Shown here piece after piece: positions 54,619-61,294 of a stretch of DNA of 64,000 nt. Within the stretch, counting starts at the first letter, position 1. Each line of letters starts with the position of its first letter. The DNA is from Bacteroidales bacterium UBA1192 (GTDB lineage: Bacteria; Bacteroidota; Bacteroidia; Bacteroidales; Bacteroidaceae): the NCBI GenBank assembly GCA_002310175.1, contig DBYG01000044.1, positions 39,801-103,800 of the forward strand. The letters are read 5' to 3'. The position numbers were made by a program, and so were the translations under genes. The notes beneath the pieces are model-generated. The model did no database searches. It saw nothing but the letters and a program-made list of their open reading frames with translations, and was not told the DNA's origin.

Positions 54619-57171
54619 ATGAGAAAAACCCTAATCATGTTTGGCGCTGTGGCGCTGATGGCTCTTACGGCAAGGGCTGCCGATAACAAAGGCATTTCGT
54701 TTAATGAACTGTCATCAGAGAGATTCACCCTGATTGAGAACGGGAAACCGGTACAGATCCTGGTTGATGAGGCCGATAAGACCGGTGTTCTGATAGCTCT
54801 CAAGGCTCTTCAGCAGGACTTCAAGGCTGTATCAGGACAGGAGGCATCCATTATCTATGAACCCGGACAGGGCAAGCCGGTCATAGTGGGAACTATTGAC
54901 AGCAAGTACATAGCACAGATAATCAAGGCCAAGAAGATTGACAAGAAGGAACTTCAGGGAAAGCGTGAGAAATATATCATGACTGTCATGGAAAACCCCA
55001 TCAAGGGGGTTGATGAGGCTCTCGTGATAGCCGGCAGTGATATGCGCGGCGCTATTTACGGAATATATGAGCTCTCTGAGCAGATAGGTGTATCGCCCTG
55101 GTATTATTGGGCTGACGTGCCTGTCTTGCACCAGGACAACGTTTCATTGGCCAAGGGCACTTACACAGCCGGTGAGCCTGCCGTCACCTATCGCGGCATA
55201 TTCCTGAATGATGAGGCCCCGTGCCTTACCACATGGGTCAAGAACACCTTCGGTACTGACAACGGCGGACATGAGTTTTATGCCAAATGCTTTGAGCTTA
55301 TACTGCGACTGCGCGGTAACTTCATGTGGCCGGCCATGTGGGGCTGGGCATTCTATGCCGATGATCCCCTAAACTCCAAGACTGCCGATGACATGGGTGT
55401 GATAATGGGAACTTCTCATCATGAGCCTATGGCCCGTAACCATCAGGAATGGGCGCGTAACCCGCGTGCCTACGGCGGCCAGTGGGACTACAACACCAAC
55501 AAGCAGGAGCTGCAGCGTTTCTTCCGTGAGGGTGTGGAGCGTGCCAAGGATACTGAGGACCTTATAACCATCGGTATGCGAGGTGACGGCGATGCGGAGC
55601 TTCGCGGCTCTGATGAGGATAACATGAAGATGCTGGAGGGCCTGTTTGCTGACCAGCGCCAGATAATCAAGGAGGTGACAGGCAAACCTGCCGAGAAGCG
55701 TCCGCAGGTGTGGGCTCTGTATAAAGAGGTACAGACCTATTACAACAAGGGTCTGCGCGTGCCTGATGATGTGATTATCCTGCTGTCCGATGACAACTGG
55801 GGTGATATCCGCCGTCTGCCCAATGCCGAGGAGCGTAATCGCAAAGGCGGGTGGGGTATGTACTACCATGTGGATTATGTGGGGGCACCGCGTAACTCCA
55901 AGTGGCTCAACATAACTCCCATTCAGCATCTGTGGGAGCAGATGCAGCTCACATATGACTACGGTGTTGACAAGATCTGGGTGCTGAACGTGGGTGACCT
56001 CAAGCCTATGGAGTATCCCATCACGTTATTCCTTGATATGGCTTGGAATCCCACATCATTCACTGCGGAGAATCTGCTTGAGCATACATACGAGTTCTGC
56101 CTGGAGTTCTTCGGTGAGGAGGAGGCCGAGGAGGCTGCCCGCATCCTGAACCTTTGCTGCAAGTACAACGGCCGTATCAGTGCCGAGATGCTTGACGCAC
56201 GTCAGTACTATACTCTTGAAACCGGTGAGTTCGAGCAGGTGTGCAATGACTACGCCCGTCTTGAGGCTGAGGCTCTGCGCCAGTATCTCAAACTCAAACC
56301 CGAGTACCGTGATGCCTACCAGCAGATAATCCTCTTCCCGGTGCAGGCCATGGGTAATATCTATGACATGTACTACAGCCAGGCCATGAACCAGAAACTG
56401 GCCCGTAACAACGATCCTGCCGCCAACTACTGGGCTGAGCGTTGTGAGCGTGACTTCCAGCGTGATGCCGAGCTATGCGCATATTACAACAAGGAGATGG
56501 CCGGAGGCAAGTGGAACGGCATGATGATTCAGAAACATATCGGTTACACGTCATGGAACGATAACTTCCGTGCCGATACCCAGCCTCGCGTGACCCGTGT
56601 GGAGAAGGGTGACAAGGAGGGTGGATATGTCTATACCCAGAAGAACGGTGTAGTAGCTATGGAGGCGGAGCGTTTCTACAGTCAGAAAGGTGTCACCACC
56701 GGTTCCGCCAAATGGACCGTTATTCCTTATATGGGCCGTACGCTCTCAGGTGTGGCTCTGATGCCTTACAGCCAGCCTACTGACGGTGCCAGCATGACCT
56801 ACAAGTTCAATCTGACGGACGACGTGGATAATCTCTCGGCTGTGATTGCCGTGAATGCCACGCTTACGTTCTATCGTCTGGAGGGGCACCGTTATATGGT
56901 AAGCCTGGACGGCGGCGATGAGGTTGAGGTTGTGTTCAACGAGCGTCTGAATGAGGATCAGCGCAATATCTACTCAGTCTATTATCCCACTGTGGCCACA
57001 CGCGTCAAGGATGACCGCGTGCAGCTGGGTAGTGCCGCCAAGGGTGAGCACACGCTGACCGTCAGGCCGATAGAGCCGGGTACGGTGTTTGAAAAGATCG
57101 TGATGGATTGCGGCGGTTACATAAAGAGCTTCCTGTTCATGCCGGAATCACCTTATGTGAGAGAGGATTGA
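54619..57171 (+). CDS. Glycoside hydrolase family 115 (xylan alpha-glucuronidase type)
   Basis: 850 aa. Signal peptide, plus GSDMRGAIYGIYELSEQIGVSPWYYWADVP and RGIFLNDE blocks. Confidence 0.85.
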   Translation: MRKTLIMFGAVALMALTARAADNKGISFNELSSERFTLIENGKPVQILVDEADKTGVLIALKALQQDFKAVSGQEASIIYEPGQGKPVIVGTIDSKYIAQIIKAKKIDKKELQGKREKYIMTVMENPIKGVDEALVIAGSDMRGAIYGIYELSEQIGVSPWYYWADVPVLHQDNVSLAKGTYTAGEPAVTYRGIFLNDEAPCLTTWVKNTFGTDNGGHEFYAKCFELILRLRGNFMWPAMWGWAFYADDPLNSKTADDMGVIMGTSHHEPMARNHQEWARNPRAYGGQWDYNTNKQELQRFFREGVERAKDTEDLITIGMRGDGDAELRGSDEDNMKMLEGLFADQRQIIKEVTGKPAEKRPQVWALYKEVQTYYNKGLRVPDDVIILLSDDNWGDIRRLPNAEERNRKGGWGMYYHVDYVGAPRNSKWLNITPIQHLWEQMQLTYDYGVDKIWVLNVGDLKPMEYPITLFLDMAWNPTSFTAENLLEHTYEFCLEFFGEEEAEEAARILNLCCKYNGRISAEMLDARQYYTLETGEFEQVCNDYARLEAEALRQYLKLKPEYRDAYQQIILFPVQAMGNIYDMYYSQAMNQKLARNNDPAANYWAERCERDFQRDAELCAYYNKEMAGGKWNGMMIQKHIGYTSWNDNFRADTQPRVTRVEKGDKEGGYVYTQKNGVVAMEAERFYSQKGVTTGSAKWTVIPYMGRTLSGVALMPYSQPTDGASMTYKFNLTDDVDNLSAVIAVNATLTFYRLEGHRYMVSLDGGDEVEVVFNERLNEDQRNIYSVYYPTVATRVKDDRVQLGSAAKGEHTLTVRPIEPGTVFEKIVMDCGGYIKSFLFMPESPYVRED

Positions 57172-57190
57172 GCCTGTTGGAATAAATAGC

Positions 57191-57233
57191 GCGAGGGACA
57201 CTCCGTAAAAGGCAGTGTCCCTCGCACTTTATT
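57191..57233. terminator. Bidirectional terminator between convergent genes
   Basis: GCGAGGGACACT (57191-57202) pairs with AGTGTCCCTCGC (57214-57225). Both flanks are T-rich. Confidence 0.7.
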
Positions 57234-57250
57234 ATATTACATTATATTAC

Positions 57251-57949
57251 TCAGAACCGGAGGTTTACTGTTGCGGCCAGTCCTATGTTCCTGTCTCTGT
57301 CTATGAGGGTAGTGGGGCCGAACTCAAACTGGATGTGTTTGGCAGCCTCTTTGAACTCCAGCTCCCGGTTGTAAGTGTCGGCTATCCATCGCATCCTGTG
57401 CCGGGCAGCTGACTTGTTTACGGTGCCCAGGCAGAAAAACGTGCTTGCCGTCAGACCTGCAGCACCTGCTATGGTATATAGCTTTGGCGATATTTTCTCA
57501 TCCTCATCATATTTGGTGGCCGCCACAATGGTAAGCACTATGGACGGAAGGTAGAGCAGTATTCCTACAGTCTCCTGCTTGTCACCTTTCATGAACTGCT
57601 TGTGAGCACTCTCGTAGGTGCTGTAAAGCTCTTCATTCAGGATCTCCTGCAGTTCCTCCTCACGGATAGGGTTGTTGGCGAATCTTCCCTCTGTGAAATA
57701 GAGGCTGCCGCCCGTTACCTTGAGTGGGATGGAGTCATTGGGGACGTTGTTGTATGCACCGAATCCCCCGAATCCGCCGCCTCCACGGCCTCCGCCACCC
57801 TGGAAGCCTCCGCCTCCACGACCACCGCCGCCTCCGAATCCGCCTCCTCCACCGAATCCGCCTCCTCCACCGCGTTGGGCAAAGGTAACACCGGAAACCA
57901 GAAGGATGAACAACAGTGTTATGACTCTCTTGAATGTCAGGTTAGGCAT
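57251..57949 (-). CDS. Exported Gly/Phe/Arg-rich protein with two hydrophobic segments
   Basis: Signal peptide, then RGGGGGFGGGGGFGGGGGRGGGGFQGGGGRGGGGFGGFG. Hydrophobic segments are VGILLYLPSIVLTIVAAT and LYTIAGAAGLTASTFFCLG. It ends ...ATVNLRF. Confidence 0.7.
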   Translation of the reverse strand: MPNLTFKRVITLLFILLVSGVTFAQRGGGGGFGGGGGFGGGGGRGGGGFQGGGGRGGGGFGGFGAYNNVPNDSIPLKVTGGSLYFTEGRFANNPIREEELQEILNEELYSTYESAHKQFMKGDKQETVGILLYLPSIVLTIVAATKYDEDEKISPKLYTIAGAAGLTASTFFCLGTVNKSAARHRMRWIADTYNRELEFKEAAKHIQFEFGPTTLIDRDRNIGLAATVNLRF

Positions 57950-58007
57950 AGCGATTGGTGGGTTTGGGTTTATATACTTTGATTAGACATTAAAAAACAG
58001 GTTTGGT

Positions 58008-59765
58008 TTAATTCCCCCAGTTCTTATCGAGGAAAGCTATACGGTCAGCAAACCATTTCTTAAGAGTGGCAATTTCCTCCTCATAGCTTGATACACGGTA
58101 TGCCGCAAACATTCCTATTGCATCAGCTCCGCCAAATCCGCCCATCATTCCGCCTACTCCGAATCCTCCTCCGAATCCTCTTCCTAATCCGTTGTTGCGG
58201 CCAGTCTGGCCCTGATTGCGTGATTGAGGTACCAGCAGGTCAGAGTATTTGGTGTATTGACGTTCCTTGGCTTCAGCCAGCAGGCTGGCGTGCTCCTCAA
58301 TGTATCTGTTAATGTTGTCCAGGCTCAGAATGTCCTTGCGCAGTTCTTTCCAGCGGGTTTTGACCTTCTGCATGAATGCGGGATCCTCAGTCAGACGTTT
58401 CCAAAGGGCAGGGGTGGGGTTGGTCTCACCGCCTTCATACACCCATGCATCTATCTTATTGGCATTGCAGAAATTACAGTTCCCGTATGCCAGATTGTAG
58501 TCCCATACTGTTCCAGCATGGAGCTTGCCTCCGGTACCATCCTCATTCTGTTTGGTCTTATAGAAATAGGCGCTCCGCTTCAGACCGTCGGCATTCAGAC
58601 TGAGCTCCGTGTGGATGAAATAATCCACGAATGATGATACGCTTATATACTTGGCGTAACCGTTCTCAGGATCGGCAAACCCGTCACTCTGTATAACCTT
58701 CTCTACGTTCCTGATATAGTTGCTTATGTACTCCTGCTGTTCAGGGGTTATCTTATCCGGCTTGGGGTAATAGTATGTCCATGTCACAGTGTTGAAACCT
58801 CCCATGCCTCCACCGAATCCACCGAATCCACCGAATCCTCCACCCATACCTGTGATACCGGTAATACCGGGCACATCCGATGTGAAGTACGGTTCGTCCT
58901 CTTCCGGCGGATCTATACGGACTATATAACCTCCGGTCAGCTCGATACCGCTGTTGTCATTTGGTTTGAGCTTTGCTATGTCGAGACGGTTCTTACCCTG
59001 CTTGATCTTTTCACACAGGATATATACTCCTATGTAGTGACCGTTCATCACAACCTCGCAGTAGCGGTAATGAGGTGCCCAATGACCCATCTCGTTCCAT
59101 AGGTCGAAAGCGAACGGATCACGCATCATGGATATGTCATTATAAGGAGCCAGCAGTACCCAGTCGTTATCGGCAGACATTCCGAGTATCTCCACATCAA
59201 GGTCTTTGCCGTCATCGTCCTTGGTCTCAAACGTGAACCGTTTCTGCTCAAAGTAAAGCGATGAGTTGCCGCGCAGCTTTATGCCAATTCTGCCGTTATA
59301 ACCATTGGGCTTGTCTGTCAGATTGTTACGCTTGCCTTTACCGTTGTCGATGATCTTCATCCGGGCATCCAGCTTACCGTCGTTTGTAACAGGCTTGCCT
59401 TCAGTATCTATTATTACCACAGGCAGGTCAGATGATGTGAACTCCACATCATTGCCCTGTGAGCCGTCATACTGTACTGTTCCGCCCATCATTCCGAATC
59501 CTCCGCCACCTGGAAACCCTCCTCCGGGAAACTGTCCTCCTCCGGGGAAACCGCCCTGTCCGGGCCAGCCTTCCCGGCTGCCGGACTGGTCATCAGGTGA
59601 AGTCATTATGGGGAAACGTCCTCCGAACCCTCCGAACCCTCCGAATCCACCTCCGGGAAAACCTCCTCCCGGGAATCCTCCACCGGGAAACTGAGCATAC
59701 ACAAATGACGGCAGCATTGCCACTGCCGTCATTAAAACCGCTTTCTTTACTCTTTTTGTTGACAT
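58008..59765 (-). CDS. CotH kinase-family protein, secreted, with Gly/Phe-rich insertions
   Basis: Signal peptide. CotH-like blocks are LRGNSSLYFEQKRFTFE, WDYNLAYGN and CEVVMNGHYIGVYIL. G/F tracts lie at the N-terminus, mid-protein (MGGGFGGFGGFGGGMGGF) and near the C-terminus. Confidence 0.75.
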   Translation of the reverse strand: MSTKRVKKAVLMTAVAMLPSFVYAQFPGGGFPGGGFPGGGFGGFGGFGGRFPIMTSPDDQSGSREGWPGQGGFPGGGQFPGGGFPGGGGFGMMGGTVQYDGSQGNDVEFTSSDLPVVIIDTEGKPVTNDGKLDARMKIIDNGKGKRNNLTDKPNGYNGRIGIKLRGNSSLYFEQKRFTFETKDDDGKDLDVEILGMSADNDWVLLAPYNDISMMRDPFAFDLWNEMGHWAPHYRYCEVVMNGHYIGVYILCEKIKQGKNRLDIAKLKPNDNSGIELTGGYIVRIDPPEEDEPYFTSDVPGITGITGMGGGFGGFGGFGGGMGGFNTVTWTYYYPKPDKITPEQQEYISNYIRNVEKVIQSDGFADPENGYAKYISVSSFVDYFIHTELSLNADGLKRSAYFYKTKQNEDGTGGKLHAGTVWDYNLAYGNCNFCNANKIDAWVYEGGETNPTPALWKRLTEDPAFMQKVKTRWKELRKDILSLDNINRYIEEHASLLAEAKERQYTKYSDLLVPQSRNQGQTGRNNGLGRGFGGGFGVGGMMGGFGGADAIGMFAAYRVSSYEEEIATLKKWFADRIAFLDKNWGN

Positions 59766-59793
59766 ATCTGTTTTATACTGTCAACCCTGCCCG

Positions 59794-61011
59794 TTATTTT
59801 GCAGGGTTGCCTTTCTTCTCAAACAGTTTGAGGTCTATGCAGTCACCCATCTGTACGTAACCGTCGGCATTGGGGTGGAGATAGTCATTCTCAAACAGAT
59901 ATTTTGGATTGAGCTGGGCGGGGTCATCGGGATTACCCATAGCGGCGTCAAAGTCAATAACTCCGTCAAAATAACCGCTTGTGCGGATCCACTGGTTGAG
60001 TTGCTGGCGTCCTGCCTCATGATTCTCGCTGTAGTAGCCGTTTCCCTTGAACTGCATGACCGGAGCACCATATACGTAAATGCCGCGCTCGTGAGCCTCA
60101 CTTATTATCTGTTTGTAAACCTCTATTATCTGTTTGGCCTTTTCGGTTGCATCACCACGTCCTCCAAGGTCATTTACACCTTCGAACAGAATGATATACT
60201 TGACTCCTTCCTGCTGGAAGAGGTCACGCGGATAACGGCTGCGGCCGGTGGGACCCAGTCCTCCGTTGAGGATGCAGTTGCCTCCCAGTCCCATGTTGAG
60301 GACTGATACTCGACGCGTCTTCTTGTTGGCCAGCAGGCGGCGGGACAGGTTGTCGGTCCATCGGTTCTGCATGTTGGTGGTGGAGCCGCGTCCGTCAGTG
60401 ATGGAGTTACCCAGCACGACTACGGCGCGGGCTTTCTTCTCGGCCTTTACCTCAATGGCGTTGATGATATACCAGTGTGCGGTTGACACGGCGTTGCTGA
60501 AATCCGATGTCTGTCCAGCGGCTATGTATGAATCTGTACGTGAACCAGGATGTCCGGTCACGCTGGTGGAGGAGGCCTCGCCCAAGTGCATCGTTATGGC
60601 CACGTTCTCTCGCTCTCCCATAGGGAATGTCACCTCATCGGAAGTTACCAGCTCACCAGGCTGTATGGTCACTGACCTGCTGCCTGAGAATGTGAGGTTA
60701 ACCTCAGTCCCCGGCTTTATTTCACAGCTGCTGCCGGCTGTGGCCGCAATAGCTATCTCGGCAGCGTTGATGGTGACGGGGCCACGGCTGAACTCATTCG
60801 AGAACTTTACCCTGACGGTCTTGCCGCTTATGGAGGTCTGTACTATCTGCCTTATGGAGTTGTCCTGAAGACCGGGTGGGGGTGGGCAGTTGTGCGGTTC
60901 CACCACCTGTTCGGCAGTTGCCCAGGTTGCCACCCAATGCTTGGCTGCATTTACAGGCCCCGCTACTGCGAGAGCCATCACTAGAGAGAGATAAAAACCT
61001 TTTGTTTTCAT
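59794..61011 (-). CDS. SGNH/GDSL hydrolase with N-terminal beta-sandwich domain, secreted
   Basis: Block I VVLGNSITDG, block III GVND and block V DYLHPN. Confidence 0.8.
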   Translation of the reverse strand: MKTKGFYLSLVMALAVAGPVNAAKHWVATWATAEQVVEPHNCPPPPGLQDNSIRQIVQTSISGKTVRVKFSNEFSRGPVTINAAEIAIAATAGSSCEIKPGTEVNLTFSGSRSVTIQPGELVTSDEVTFPMGERENVAITMHLGEASSTSVTGHPGSRTDSYIAAGQTSDFSNAVSTAHWYIINAIEVKAEKKARAVVVLGNSITDGRGSTTNMQNRWTDNLSRRLLANKKTRRVSVLNMGLGGNCILNGGLGPTGRSRYPRDLFQQEGVKYIILFEGVNDLGGRGDATEKAKQIIEVYKQIISEAHERGIYVYGAPVMQFKGNGYYSENHEAGRQQLNQWIRTSGYFDGVIDFDAAMGNPDDPAQLNPKYLFENDYLHPNADGYVQMGDCIDLKLFEKKGNPAK

Positions 61012-61074
61012 AAGTCTGTATGGTTTGTTTAATTAGGGGATTACCGGAGTGTCCGGGATACTGATCCTATAATG

Positions 61075-61082
61075 CAAAGTTA
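61075..61082 (-). promoter_or_regulatory. -7 box TAACTTTG
   Basis: It lies 64 nt upstream of the ATG at 61011. Confidence 0.4.
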
Positions 61083-61229
61083 AAATAATTCCCTTTTCAA
61101 ACTACCATTCTGATGAAATTATATCTGTTCTCTCCATTCGTTAAATCCGGAACCCTAGTCTTTTTTTATTGTTCCATTCATTTTTTTAAGTCATGGAATA
61201 TTTTGTTTGGAACATAATTTAATATGATA

Positions 61230-61237
61230 TAATTTTG
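61230..61237 (+). promoter_or_regulatory. -7 box TAATTTTG
   Basis: It lies 58 nt upstream of the ATG at 61295. Confidence 0.4.
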
Positions 61238-61294
61238 CTCCCTGCGGAATACTGTGCCGTTGCCCTTCAAGAACCTGTTTAAGCTGCTTTAAAT

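Noticed and set aside
57231-57250. 10-nt tandem TTATATTACA x2 next to the terminator. The 12-nt TTACATAACCTA x2 at 11037-11060 was considered in the same way.
   Set aside because: These are very short AT-rich duplications in UTR or terminator flanks. They are most simply slippage products, and no function can be argued from the sequence.
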